Assembly (NCBI RefSeq): GCF_041886205.1
Contig: NZ_CP169029.1
Source of the DNA: Escherichia coli
Lineage (GTDB): Bacteria > Pseudomonadota > Gammaproteobacteria > Enterobacterales > Enterobacteriaceae
Reading direction: 5' to 3' (one strand)
Length of the DNA: 64,000 bases
The first letter of the stretch is position 1; the number at the start of each line of letters is the position of its first letter. The position numbers and the translations under genes were made by a program. Positions 42,175 through 56,902 of the stretch are shown here, piece by piece. The notes under the pieces are model-generated. The model was not told the DNA's origin. It saw nothing but the letters and a program-made list of their open reading frames with translations, and ran no database searches.

Positions 42175-42936
42175 ATGATTTTAAGTGCATTTTCTCTCGA
42201 AGGTAAAGTTGCGGTCGTCACTGGCTGTGATACTGGGCTGGGCCAGGGGATGGCGTTGGGGCTGGCGCAAGCGGGCTGTGACATTGTTGGCATTAACATC
42301 GTTGAACCTACTGAAACCATCAAGCAGGTCACGGCGCTGGGGCGTCGTTTTTTAAGCCTGACCGCCGATCTGCGAAAGATTGATGGTATTCCAGCACTGC
42401 TGGATCGCGCGGTAGCGGAGTTTGGTCATATTGATATCCTGGTGAATAACGCCGGATTGATTCGCCGCGAAGATGCTCTCGAGTTCAGCGAAAAGGACTG
42501 GGACGATGTCATGAACCTGAATATCAAGAGCGTATTCTTCATGTCTCAGGCAGCGGCGAAACACTTTATCGCGCAAGGCAATGGCGGCAAGATTATCAAT
42601 ATCGCGTCAATGCTCTCCTTCCAGGGCGGGATCCGTGTGCCTTCTTATACCGCATCAAAAAGCGGCGTGATGGGTGTGACGCGATTGATGGCGAACGAAT
42701 GGGCTAAACACAACATTAATGTTAATGCGATAGCCCCGGGTTACATGGCGACCAACAATACTCAACAACTACGGGCAGATGAACAACGTAGCGCGGAAAT
42801 TCTCGACCGCATTCCAGCTGGTCGTTGGGGACTGCCGAGTGACCTGATGGGGCCGATAGTGTTCCTTGCCTCCAGCGCTTCAGATTATGTGAATGGTTAT
42901 ACCATTGCCGTGGATGGCGGTTGGCTGGCGCGTTAA
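42175..42936 (+). CDS. kduD: 2-dehydro-3-deoxy-D-gluconate 5-dehydrogenase (SDR family)
   Basis: GxxxGxG NAD-binding (TGCDTGLGQG), YxxxK catalytic motif. Confidence 0.9.
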   Translation: MILSAFSLEGKVAVVTGCDTGLGQGMALGLAQAGCDIVGINIVEPTETIKQVTALGRRFLSLTADLRKIDGIPALLDRAVAEFGHIDILVNNAGLIRREDALEFSEKDWDDVMNLNIKSVFFMSQAAAKHFIAQGNGGKIINIASMLSFQGGIRVPSYTASKSGVMGVTRLMANEWAKHNINVNAIAPGYMATNNTQQLRADEQRSAEILDRIPAGRWGLPSDLMGPIVFLASSASDYVNGYTIAVDGGWLAR

Positions 42937-42958
42937 TTCATTCTTCTTACTTTTATGA

Positions 42959-42983
42959 CCCTGCCGCATGGCAGGGTTTTTTA
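42959..42983 (+). terminator. rho-independent terminator after kduD
   Basis: ccctgccgcatggcaggg hairpin followed by TTTTTTA. Confidence 0.7.
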
Positions 42984-43250
42984 TACCTGTAGATCATCAT
43001 AATCCATATCATGGTTATGAAATAATCCATATTAATTATCAATTAATGAACTTTATGAATTTTATCTGCTGTAAAATTAGGTGGTTAATAATAATCTCAA
43101 TAATTCAACTTAATTTGAAAATTGGAATATCCATCACATAACGACATGTCGCAGCAATTTAATCCATATTTATGCTGTTTCCGACCTGACACCTGCGTGA
43201 GTTGTTCACGTATTTTTTCACTATGTCTTACTCTCTGCTGGCAGGAAAAA

Positions 43251-44669
43251 ATGGTTACTATCAATACGGAATCTGCTTTAACGCCACGTTCTTTGCGGGA
43301 TACGCGGCGTATGAATATGTTTGTTTCGGTAGCTGCTGCGGTCGCAGGATTGTTATTTGGTCTTGATATCGGCGTAATCGCCGGAGCGTTGCCGTTCATT
43401 ACCGATCACTTTGTGCTGACCAGTCGTTTGCAGGAATGGGTGGTTAGTAGCATGATGCTCGGTGCAGCAATTGGTGCGCTGTTTAATGGTTGGCTGTCGT
43501 TCCGCCTGGGGCGTAAATACAGCCTGATGGCGGGGGCCATCCTGTTTGTACTCGGTTCTATAGGGTCCGCTTTTGCGACCAGCGTAGAGATGTTAATCGC
43601 CGCTCGTGTGGTGCTGGGCATTGCTGTCGGGATCGCGTCTTACACCGCTCCTCTGTATCTTTCTGAAATGGCAAGTGAAAACGTTCGCGGTAAGATGATC
43701 AGTATGTACCAGTTGATGGTCACACTCGGCATCGTGCTGGCGTTTTTATCCGATACAGCGTTCAGTTATAGCGGTAACTGGCGCGCAATGTTGGGGGTTC
43801 TTGCTTTACCAGCAGTTCTGCTGATTATTCTGGTAGTCTTCCTGCCAAATAGCCCGCGCTGGCTGGCGGAAAAGGGGCGTCATATTGAGGCGGAAGAAGT
43901 ATTGCGTATGCTGCGCGATACGTCGGAAAAAGCGCGAGAAGAACTCAACGAAATTCGTGAAAGCCTGAAGTTAAAACAGGGCGGTTGGGCACTGTTTAAG
44001 ATCAACCGTAACGTCCGTCGTGCTGTGTTTCTCGGTATGTTGTTGCAGGCGATGCAGCAGTTTACCGGTATGAACATCATCATGTACTACGCGCCGCGTA
44101 TCTTCAAAATGGCGGGCTTTACGACCACAGAACAACAGATGATTGCGACTCTGGTCGTAGGGCTGACCTTTATGTTCGCCACCTTTATTGCGGTGTTTAC
44201 GGTAGATAAAGCAGGGCGTAAACCGGCTCTGAAAATTGGTTTCAGCGTGATGGCGTTAGGCACTCTGGTGCTGGGCTATTGCCTGATGCAGTTTGATAAC
44301 GGTACGGCTTCCAGTGGCTTGTCCTGGCTCTCTGTTGGCATGACGATGATGTGTATTGCCGGTTATGCGATGAGCGCCGCGCCAGTGGTGTGGATCCTGT
44401 GCTCTGAAATTCAGCCGCTGAAATGCCGCGATTTCGGTATTACCTGTTCGACCACCACGAACTGGGTGTCGAATATGATTATCGGCGCGACCTTCCTGAC
44501 GCTGCTCGACAGCATTGGCGCTGCCGGTACGTTCTGGCTCTACACTGCGCTGAACATTGCGTTTGTGGGCATCACTTTCTGGCTCATTCCGGAAACCAAA
44601 AATGTCACGCTGGAACATATCGAACGCAAACTGATGGCAGGCGAGAAGTTGAGAAATATCGGCATCTGA
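43251..44669 (+). CDS. araE: arabinose:H+ symporter (MFS sugar porter)
   Basis: 472 aa from [10 protein letters not shown]; sugar-transporter signatures (GRK, PESPRWL); ORF-track start 43122 is upstream read-through. Confidence 0.9.
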
Positions 44670-44675
44670 TTTCAC

Positions 44676-44708
44676 GGGCCGGATGTGCTGTACATCCGGC
44701 CCTTTTTT
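44676..44708 (+). terminator. rho-independent terminator after araE
   Basis: gggccggatgt...acatccggccc hairpin followed by T6. Confidence 0.75.
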
Positions 44709-44797
44709 CGTTAATAGAGATCGGGCACTTGGCCGTTGAGGCGTTTGTCTCGTTCCTTATTCAGCCTTGTTGCGGTAACGCACATCAGGAGAGAGGA

Positions 44798-45490
44798 ATG
44801 AAAACAATTGGTTTGCTGGGAGGAATGAGCTGGGAATCCACCATTCCTTACTATCGTTTGATAAATGAAGGCATTAAACAGCGGCTTGGTGGGCTTCACT
44901 CTGCGCAAGTGCTGCTACATAGCGTCGATTTTCATGAAATAGAAGAGTGCCAGCGTCGCGGGGAATGGGATAAAACCGGGGACATTCTGGCTGAGGCGGC
45001 GCTTGGCTTACAGCGGGCGGGCGCAGAAGGTATTGTGTTATGTACCAATACGATGCATAAAGTGGCGGATGCCATTGAGTCACGTTGCACTCTGCCTTTC
45101 TTACACATTGCGGATGCCACCGGACGTGCAATTACCGGGGCCGGAATGACTCGTGTGGCGCTGCTGGGTACGCGTTACACCATGGAACAGGATTTTTATC
45201 GCGGGCGGCTGACGGAACAATTTTCCATCAATTGTCTTATTCCTGAAGCGGATGAACGGGCGAAAATTAATCAGATTATTTTTGAAGAACTGTGTCTGGG
45301 GCAATTTACCGAAGCGTCACGCGCTTATTATGCGCAAGTGATTGCTCGCCTTGCAGAACAGGGCGCACAGGGCGTCATTTTTGGCTGCACAGAAATTGGT
45401 TTACTGGTGCCAGAAGAGCGCAGTGTTTTGCCTGTGTTTGATACCGCGGCGATCCATGCCGAGGATGCTGTCGCTTTTATGCTGTCGTAG
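44798..45490 (+). CDS. ygeA: Asp/Glu-racemase-family amino-acid racemase
   Basis: 230 aa from [15 protein letters not shown] after GAGAGG RBS; ORF-track start 44423 is upstream read-through. Confidence 0.85.
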
Positions 45491-46412
45491 CTGACGACAA
45501 AATAGCGTCAAGAGAAGTGACCAGTTTCGGTAACCCCGCTTGTAAATGCCCACTAAACGCCTGAACCAGCGCTGATGACGGGCGGTGCAGGGGGCGGATC
45601 AGGCTGACGGTGAACGGAACCGCAATACTGAACCGCCGCACCACTAAACCGCTTGCCGCATAATCTAGTGCGGTGAGCGGGTTAACCACCGAAACACCTA
45701 CCCCCGCCCGTACCATTGCGCAGACTGACGCGGCGCTGTGGGTTTCTACGATCATGCGTCGTTTAACCTGATGTTCAGTAAATAGCTGATCCAGCAACTG
45801 GCGATAGCTGTCAGTACGGGAAAGGCTGATGTAGTTCTCACCCTGAAAATCATCCGGCGTTAATACCTTTTTTACCGCCAGCGGATGACCCGGAGGTAAC
45901 ACACACACTTCATCTAAAGAGAGTAATTCGGTACGTTCTGTTCCCGCAGGCGTATGGAGCGTTTCAGTGAGTCCTAAATCATGACGCTGGGCCGAGAGCC
46001 ACTCTTCAAGTAGCGGTGATTCCTGGGGCACGATATTTAAGCTGACATCGGGATAACGTGCCAGAAAGGGTTGCAGGAGCTGCGGTAAAAAAGATTGCGA
46101 AAAGACCGGCAGGCAGGCAATAGACAGTTCTCCCTGGCGAAACTCGCGCAGACTTTCTGCGGCGCTGACAATGCGATCCAGTCCGTACCAGGATCGTTGC
46201 ACTTCTTCAAACAGACGCAGTCCTTGCACGGTAGGATGTAATCGCCCACGTACGCGCTCAAACAATTTCAGCCCGATCACCTTCTCAAAGCGCGCAAGTT
46301 CGCGGCTGACGGTTGGCTGTGAGGTGTGTAGCAGGTGTGCCGCCTCAGTCAGGCTTCCGGCGGTCATTACCGCATGAAAAATTTCAATATGACGTAAGTT
46401 AACGGCGGCCAT
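45477..46412 (-). CDS. lysR: LysR-family activator of lysA
   Basis: N-terminal LysR HTH; divergent from lysA. Confidence 0.9.
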
Positions 46413-46533
46413 TAGCGCTCTCTCGCAATCCGGTAATCCATATCATTTTTGCATAGACTCGACATAAATCGATATTTTTTATTCTTTTTATGATGTGGCG
46501 TAATCATAAAAAAGCACTTATCTGGAGTTTGTT

Positions 46534-47796
46534 ATGCCACATTCACTGTTCAGCACCGATACCGATCTCACCGCCGAAAATCTGCTGCGTTTGCCCGCTG
46601 AATTTGGCTGCCCGGTGTGGGTCTACGATGCGCAAATTATTCGTCGGCAGATTGCAGCGCTGAAACAGTTTGATGTGGTGCGCTTTGCACAGAAAGCCTG
46701 TTCCAATATTCATATTTTGCGCTTAATGCGTGAGCAGGGCGTGAAAGTGGATTCCGTCTCGTTAGGCGAAATAGAGCGTGCGTTGGCGGCGGGTTACAAT
46801 CCGCAAACGCACCCCGATGATATTGTTTTTACGGCAGATGTTATCGATCAGGCGACGCTTGAACGCGTCAGTGAATTGCAAATTCCGGTGAATGCGGGTT
46901 CTGTTGATATGCTCGACCAACTGGGCCAGGTTTCGCCAGGGCATCGGGTATGGCTGCGCGTTAATCCGGGGTTTGGTCACGGACATAGCCAAAAAACCAA
47001 TACCGGTGGCGAAAACAGCAAGCACGGTATCTGGTACACCGATCTGCCCGCCGCACTGGACGTGATACAACGTCATCATCTGCAGCTGGTCGGCATTCAC
47101 ATGCACATTGGTTCTGGCGTTGATTATGCCCATCTGGAACAGGTGTGTGGTGCTATGGTGCGTCAGGTCATCGAATTCGGTCAGGATTTACAGGCTATTT
47201 CTGCGGGCGGTGGGCTTTCTGTTCCTTATCAACAGGGTGAAGAGGCGGTTGATACCGAACATTATTATGGTCTGTGGAATGCCGCGCGTGAGCAAATCGC
47301 CCGCCATTTGGGCCACCCTGTGAAACTGGAAATTGAACCGGGTCGCTTCCTGGTAGCGCAGTCTGGCGTATTAATTACTCAGGTGCGGAGCGTCAAACAA
47401 ATGGGGAGCCGCCACTTTGTGCTGGTTGATGCCGGGTTCAACGATCTGATGCGCCCGGCAATGTACGGTAGTTACCACCATATCAGTGCCCTGGCAGCTG
47501 ATGGTCGTTCTCTGGAACACGCGCCAACGGTGGAAACCGTCGTCGCCGGACCGTTATGTGAATCGGGCGATGTCTTTACCCAGCAGGAAGGGGGAAATGT
47601 TGAAACCCGCGCCTTGCCGGAAGTGAAGGCAGGTGATTATCTGGTACTGCATGATACAGGGGCATATGGCGCATCAATGTCATCCAACTACAATAGCCGT
47701 CCGCTGTTACCAGAAGTTCTGTTTGATAATGGTCAGGCGCGGTTGATTCGCCGTCGCCAGACCATCGAAGAATTACTGGCGCTGGAATTGCTTTAA
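46534..47796 (+). CDS. lysA: diaminopimelate decarboxylase
   Basis: 420 aa PLP-dependent decarboxylase. Confidence 0.9.
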   Translation: MPHSLFSTDTDLTAENLLRLPAEFGCPVWVYDAQIIRRQIAALKQFDVVRFAQKACSNIHILRLMREQGVKVDSVSLGEIERALAAGYNPQTHPDDIVFTADVIDQATLERVSELQIPVNAGSVDMLDQLGQVSPGHRVWLRVNPGFGHGHSQKTNTGGENSKHGIWYTDLPAALDVIQRHHLQLVGIHMHIGSGVDYAHLEQVCGAMVRQVIEFGQDLQAISAGGGLSVPYQQGEEAVDTEHYYGLWNAAREQIARHLGHPVKLEIEPGRFLVAQSGVLITQVRSVKQMGSRHFVLVDAGFNDLMRPAMYGSYHHISALAADGRSLEHAPTVETVVAGPLCESGDVFTQQEGGNVETRALPEVKAGDYLVLHDTGAYGASMSSNYNSRPLLPEVLFDNGQARLIRRRQTIEELLALELL

Positions 47797-47802
47797 CTGC
47801 GG

Positions 47803-48834
47803 TTAGTCGCTGGTTGCATGATGACTTGCCTCCAGCGACGGAGTTGACACTGAATGACGACGTACCAGCGTCGGACTAAAGACATTAGTGATTTCCGGGA
47901 GAGGGCGATTATCCGCCAGCGCCAAAGCCAGTTCGGCAGCCTGGGTCGCCATCGTCACGATTGGGTAACGCACGGTGGTCAGGCGCGGACGCACATAGCG
48001 TGACACCAGCACATCATCAAAGCCAATTAACGAAATCTCACCCGGTACATCAATACCATTATCATTGAGAACGCCCATCGCACCCGCCGCCATTGAATCG
48101 TTATAACAGGCTACCGCAGTGAAATTTCTTCCTCGTCCCAAAAGCTCGGTCATTGCCTGTTCGCCGCCGCTTTCGTCTGGTTCGCCAAATGTCACCAGCC
48201 GGTCATTGGCCGCAATACCACTTTCAGCAAGGGCATCGTAATACCCTTGCAGACGATCTTCGGCGTCAGAAATAGAGTGGTTAGAGCACAGATAACCAAT
48301 GCGGGTATGACCTTGCTGAATTAAATGACGCGTTGCCAGCCAGGCACCGTAACGATCGTCAAGAGCAATACAACGGTTTTCAAAGCCAGGCAGGATACGG
48401 TTGATCAGCACCATACCGGGCATTTGTTTCATTAATGAGGCTAAATCGGCATCCGGGATCATTTTGGCATGGACGACCAACGCAGCACAGCGATGGCGGA
48501 TCAGTTGCTCAATAGCCTGACGCTCTTTTTGTTCGTTGTGGTAACCGTTGCCAATCAATAAGAAATTACCGGTGTGATAAGCCACCTGTTCGACCGCTTT
48601 CACCATTGCACCGAAAAACGGATCGGAAACATCACCAACGATCAGACCGACCGTTTCAGTGGTCTGCTGCGCCAGCGCACGGGCGTTGGCGTTCGGGTGA
48701 TAGCTAAGAGACTCCATTGCACTATGCACAGCCAGCCGGGAAGCTTCACTGGCTTTAGGTGAATTATTAATGACGCGGGAAACGGTGGCGACTGAAACGC
48801 CTGCCAGTCGGGCTACATCCTTTATGGTCGCCAT
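47803..48834 (-). CDS. galR: galactose operon repressor (LacI family)
   Basis: N-terminal MATIKDVARLAGVSVATVSRV HTH; 343 aa. Confidence 0.9.
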   Translation of the reverse strand: MATIKDVARLAGVSVATVSRVINNSPKASEASRLAVHSAMESLSYHPNANARALAQQTTETVGLIVGDVSDPFFGAMVKAVEQVAYHTGNFLLIGNGYHNEQKERQAIEQLIRHRCAALVVHAKMIPDADLASLMKQMPGMVLINRILPGFENRCIALDDRYGAWLATRHLIQQGHTRIGYLCSNHSISDAEDRLQGYYDALAESGIAANDRLVTFGEPDESGGEQAMTELLGRGRNFTAVACYNDSMAAGAMGVLNDNGIDVPGEISLIGFDDVLVSRYVRPRLTTVRYPIVTMATQAAELALALADNRPLPEITNVFSPTLVRRHSVSTPSLEASHHATSD

Positions 48835-49047
48835 GAAAATACCTTAGTGGGTAAACGCTTACATTCTTTCAGTGTTACGGAAAACGCCCGTTGGTTCAAG
48901 GGGTGGCGTGTTTTCATCGTGGGAATGTGAGCCAAACGCAAATAAGTAAGACAAAAAAAGAGATTGCAAACCTTTGGTTACACTTTGCGAAACGCTGTTG
49001 CGATTGACCGCTGGTGGCGTTTGGCTTCAGGTTGCTAAAGTGGTGAT

Positions 49048-49130
49048 CCCAGAGGTATTGATAGGTGAAGTCAACTTCGGGTTGAGCACATGAATTACAC
49101 CAGCCTGCGCAGATGCGCAGGTTTTTTTTT
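49048..49130 (+). ncRNA. omrB: OmrB small regulatory RNA
   Basis: cccagaggtattgataggtgaag...gcgcagatgcgcag hairpin plus T9; shares 5' and 3' ends with OmrA. Confidence 0.8.
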
Positions 49131-49243
49131 GCCGGTCATCAATCTGTAACAGTAACCGACAATTTACACACCTCGTTGCATTTCCCTTCATTCCTTTGCG
49201 TTTTCTCGCTGGCGAAGAGTCGTCGTGCAGACCACAATCAAGA

Positions 49244-49331
49244 TCCCAGAGGTATTGATTGGTGAGATTATTCGGTACGCTCTTCGTACCCTGTCTCTTG
49301 CACCAACCTGCGCGGATGCGCAGGTTTTTTT
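49244..49331 (+). ncRNA. omrA: OmrA small regulatory RNA
   Basis: cccagaggtattgattggtgagattattcgg...gcgcggatgcgcag hairpin plus T-run. Confidence 0.8.
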
Positions 49332-49398
49332 TCGCACCTAATTTACTGTCGCTCGCGTTCTTTATCTCGTGTAATCTCCCTCCATTCGCTTTTACTGA

Positions 49399-52765
<3,367 letters not shown>

Positions 52766-52803
52766 GCTTTCACCAGATGGTATATTCCGCCATCTGGTGA
52801 AGG

Positions 52804-54474
52804 TCACATTCCCGAAGGGTGCATACCTTTCGGATACTTTACGCTGTATGAGAATGGCAGACTCACGTTCTCTTTGCCTGACAGTTTCAGCGTCCAGGAC
52901 AGTTCACCTGTTTTCGCATCAAACTGCGCCTGGTCATACTGCATTTTTTCCACCGTAATATCACTATTAGCACTGACAGGGATCTGGTCGAGCAGAGTGA
53001 TATCTACCGCTTCGCCGTAGCTGTTCTTTACATTGAGGGTGTAACTGAAGTTGCGTACCGCGCTGTCGTTAAAGATAGATAACGCATTCTCTTTTTTGAG
53101 TACGGCTTTACGCTGAATAATCAGCTTAGGATCGCGGTTAAGCTGAATATCAAGTGACTTACCATCTTCTGGCGGCTGCAAATAGCCCACACCGGTACGG
53201 TTGTTACCAAAGAAGATCTGACTTTCGCCGGGGATTAAATTTAACTGTTCCCACTCTTTAATTTGCACCTGAAGATATGCGTCATTACTGATCTTCGGAA
53301 TAGCAAAGAAGCGATATTTACCGCTGACCGACTCTTCCTTAATGACCACCGTGCGCGCGGTATTATCGCTGTCGATTTGCCATGGCAGCGAAAGCGCATA
53401 GCGAACATTTTGCGCCGTGAAACTTTCTGGTCGCGCCGAAGCTGGCACTGCCTGTGGGGCATACTTGCGCCCGGCATGTCGCTCCCTTGTTTTTTGCATG
53501 TCTGCCTCCAGGGTTTTCTGCAATTCTGAGGCATCCAGGTTAGACGAATATTCCAAACGCTGTTCCATCACGGGTGATGCTGAAAGCGAGCCGCTTACAC
53601 CACCATACTCCGGAACATCCACATACAGGGTTTCCAGGTGTGGCAACGTGAGATGAGTATCAGGTTCACTGGTCGAGAGCACGAGATTAACGCCTTTCCA
53701 GGGCAACCCCGTATACTGGCGAATATTAGCCTTATAAACCAGACGCAGCGGCTGGTTTATGGCCGTGGCGTGAATATCATAGATCGGCGTCCATGTAGCA
53801 TCTGGGGTCATATAACGCACCACCGCTTTCGCAGTGACGGTTTTTGGGGCATAGACCTTAGCGATAATAACCTGCGGATCATCGGCTGCCATTGAATCGC
53901 CGTTACTCATACTCTCGCGTTGCTCCAGCTTTTCAATTTCAAGCTGCTTATCAGCAAGTTTCTGCGTCAACTCATTGTCGACTTGTAATAACTCACCATT
54001 TTTCTCTTTCACCATTTGCAAATACTTGCCAACTTCGGCGGCACTTTTATTGGTTAATGTGCTATTTGCCTCTAATACCTTAATTTGAGCCGCGATATTG
54101 TTTTTCTCGGCGGTCAGTTTTGCCTGTTCCACTTTTGCTGCTTTTAACTGTTGCTGAATATCTGGCGGCAGCGCATTCGGCTGTGTTTCCATTAGCGCAA
54201 TACGTGAGGAAAGCACCGTCACTCCGTTATCGATAGAAATGGCGATGCTGTCGTCGGTTACCGAATTGGCGATATTTGTGAAAATAATTTCGCTTTCACC
54301 AGCCGGTAAGTTGAGTGTCTCTTCACCTTGCAGGCTGGCACCATGCAGATAAACAGTGACGTCTTTAAGTGTTAGCGGTTGAGTTAACTGCGCCCCCCAG
54401 GCGGAGGACAGACACCCGGTAAGCAACATGGCGAGGGGAAGAGGTTTGAAAATCAACATAGTTATCCTTAACAA
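52804..54474 (-). CDS. secreted coiled-coil protein of unknown function (possibly DUF4139-like); not expected between tas and lplT in K-12
   Basis: 556 aa, signal peptide, central coiled coil (QQQLKAAKVEQAKL...EIEKLEQRE); family assignment tentative. Confidence 0.6.
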   Translation of the reverse strand: MLRITMLIFKPLPLAMLLTGCLSSAWGAQLTQPLTLKDVTVYLHGASLQGEETLNLPAGESEIIFTNIANSVTDDSIAISIDNGVTVLSSRIALMETQPNALPPDIQQQLKAAKVEQAKLTAEKNNIAAQIKVLEANSTLTNKSAAEVGKYLQMVKEKNGELLQVDNELTQKLADKQLEIEKLEQRESMSNGDSMAADDPQVIIAKVYAPKTVTAKAVVRYMTPDATWTPIYDIHATAINQPLRLVYKANIRQYTGLPWKGVNLVLSTSEPDTHLTLPHLETLYVDVPEYGGVSGSLSASPVMEQRLEYSSNLDASELQKTLEADMQKTRERHAGRKYAPQAVPASARPESFTAQNVRYALSLPWQIDSDNTARTVVIKEESVSGKYRFFAIPKISNDAYLQVQIKEWEQLNLIPGESQIFFGNNRTGVGYLQPPEDGKSLDIQLNRDPKLIIQRKAVLKKENALSIFNDSAVRNFSYTLNVKNSYGEAVDITLLDQIPVSANSDITVEKMQYDQAQFDAKTGELSWTLKLSGKENVSLPFSYSVKYPKGMHPSGM

Positions 54475-54616
54475 TGGGCACAGACATTGAAACGCGCGCT
54501 GGCGTTGACCAAAAGAGTCTATTGCGCTTTGTCAGGAAAGATGCGGCGAAAAGTAGTGAATATATTCTGAAAAGTGGAGAAAAGAGACGCCTGGTGCAAA
54601 ACACCAGGCGAAAGGA

Positions 54617-55657
54617 TCACGGTGCCGGATAAGTATAAACCTGATGTACCGCTTCAATTTCAGCTAATACGTCTTCGCTTAACTCCAGATGCAAACTTTC
54701 GACGTTAGTTTTCAGCTGCTCCATCGTGGTTGCGCCCAGCAGAGTGCTGGCAACAAACGGTTGACGGCGTACAAAAGCGAGCGCCATCTGAGCAGGATCC
54801 AGCCCATGACGTCTGGCAATATCAACATACGCCGCGACGGCTTTTTGCGTTTGCTCACCGCTATAGCGGGTGAACCGACTAAAGAGCGTATTACGTGCGC
54901 CAGCGGGTTTTGCACCATTGAGATATTTCCCGGTCAGCGTACCGAAACCCAGGCACGAATAGGCCAGCAGTTCGACCCCTTCATACTGGCTGACTTCTGC
55001 CAGACCTACTTCAAAACTGCGGTTTAATAGACTGTAGGGGTTCTGAATGGTGACAATACGCGGCAGATCGTGTTTGTCCGCCAGATGCAGGTAGCGCATT
55101 ACGCCAAATGCAGTTTCGTTCGACACGCCGATATAACGAATTTTTCCCGCGCGTTGGTACTCTGCCAGTGCGTCCAGCGTATCCAGCAGCGAAACCGCAG
55201 GCGCAGAATCCGTCCAGCTATAACCGAGTTTGCCGAAGCAGTTGGTTGGGCGCTGCGGCCAGTGCACCTGATAAAGATCGAGGTAATCAGTCTGCAGACG
55301 CTTGAGGCTGTCATGCAGCGCTTCGCGGATATTCTTCCGATCCAGCGCCTGATCCGGGCGGATGCCCTTGTCATTATTGCGCGACGGTCCGCTCACTTTG
55401 GAGGCGATAATTAACTTTTCGCGGCTGCCATGTTTCGCCAGCCAGTTGCCGACGTAGGTTTCGGTTAACCCTTGCGTTTCGGGGCGCGGAGGTACTGGGT
55501 ACATTTCGGCAACGTCGATAAGGTTAATGCCCTGAGCGACGGCATAGTCGAGTTGTGCGTGGGCGTCGGCTTCGCTGTTCTGTTCACCAAACGTCATCGT
55601 GCCAAGCCCCAGCGTGCTGACTTCCAGCGAACTGTGGGGTATACGGTGATATTGCAT
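54617..55657 (-). CDS. tas: NADP(H)-dependent aldo-keto reductase
   Basis: 346 aa AKR fold. Confidence 0.85.
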   Translation of the reverse strand: MQYHRIPHSSLEVSTLGLGTMTFGEQNSEADAHAQLDYAVAQGINLIDVAEMYPVPPRPETQGLTETYVGNWLAKHGSREKLIIASKVSGPSRNNDKGIRPDQALDRKNIREALHDSLKRLQTDYLDLYQVHWPQRPTNCFGKLGYSWTDSAPAVSLLDTLDALAEYQRAGKIRYIGVSNETAFGVMRYLHLADKHDLPRIVTIQNPYSLLNRSFEVGLAEVSQYEGVELLAYSCLGFGTLTGKYLNGAKPAGARNTLFSRFTRYSGEQTQKAVAAYVDIARRHGLDPAQMALAFVRRQPFVASTLLGATTMEQLKTNVESLHLELSEDVLAEIEAVHQVYTYPAP

Positions 55658-55764
55658 AGCCGTTTCCTTTTTATAATCACGACATAAGGAATATAAAAAT
55701 GGCAGAGGGAAGGGAAAAGGGAAAGAGAAAAATCTTAAGGCCAGCCGGATGCTGACCTTATTTG

Positions 55765-55983
55765 TTAACGTTCAATAATTTGCGAAACATCATCACGGTT
55801 AATTTGCATCGCGTTACCTTGCTGATCGTGATAACTCACCAACCCGGTATCATCATCAATTTCAGGTTTTCCATCGGTCAAAATCATACGGCCATCTTTG
55901 GTCGCCATGACGTAATCACTGGAACACCCGGAAACAGCAAACGCCAGTCCGACTGCAGAAATTATTACTGCCCATTTTTTCAT
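55765..55983 (-). CDS. ygdR: small lipoprotein
   Basis: 72 aa; lipobox AVSGCSS. Confidence 0.7.
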
Positions 55984-56120
55984 CCGGTTATCCTCATTTG
56001 GCCCACCTATGATAATAGTCTGTTTATAAACCGACGTTATATATCTTGAAAGCAGGAAAATCTTAAACTGTGAGGGTAACAGGAGTGAGTACGCTCTCCC
56101 GCAGGAGAGCGTACGGAGTA

Positions 56121-56834
56121 TCAGAGCGGATTCTTTTTGTTGCGAATCAGGTTGAGGCTTTCAACCGCAATAGAGAAGAACATCGCGAAGTAGATGTAAC
56201 CTTTCGGTACGTGGATGTCGAAACTTTCCAGAATCAGGGTAAAGCCCACCAGAATCAGGAAAGAGAGCGCCAGCATTTTTACCGAAGGATGGCGTTCGAC
56301 AAAATCACCAATCGAGCGCGCGGCGAACATCATCACGCCTACGGCAATCACCACGGCGGCCATCATAATAAACAGGTGATCTGACAGACCCACAGCGGTA
56401 ATCACCGAGTCGAGGCTGAAGATAATATCCAGCAGCATAATCTGCACGATAGCGCCGAGGAATGATGAAACGCGTGTTTTCAGCCCTTCTTCTTCACCTT
56501 CGATGGATTCGTGGATTTCCTTGCTGGCTTTCCAGATAAGGAACAAGCCACCCAGAAGCAGAATCAAATCACGGGCGGAAATTTCCTGACTGAATATTGT
56601 AAAAAGCGGATTCGTCAGGCGCGTAACCCAGGCGATTGATGCCAGCAGCGCCAGACGCATAACCATGGCTCCCGCCAACCCCAGACGGCGCGCATGAGCA
56701 CGTTGTGCTGTGGGAAGCTTTGCCACCACCAGAGAAAGGAAAATAATATTGTCGATCCCAAGAACGATCTCCAGCAGCGTCAGCGTACCGAGCGCAAGCC
56801 AGGCGTTAGGATCGGTTATCCATGCAAATAACAT
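56121..56834 (-). CDS. ygdQ: TerC-family inner membrane protein
   Basis: 237 aa polytopic membrane protein. Confidence 0.8.
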
Positions 56835-56902
56835 CTAAAAAGCCCTGCCAAAAAAATGAAGCGGTAATTATATGCCCGGAAAGCGGCAGGTCAAAGCGAT
56901 GG

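Noticed and set aside
43122-43250. Longer araE start at 43122
   Set aside because: Known araE begins [10 protein letters not shown]; the upstream frame is promoter read-through.
44423-44797. 355-aa ORF extension of ygeA
   Set aside because: The upstream part overlaps the araE 3' end and terminator; ATG at 44798 has a good RBS and gives the expected 230-aa racemase.
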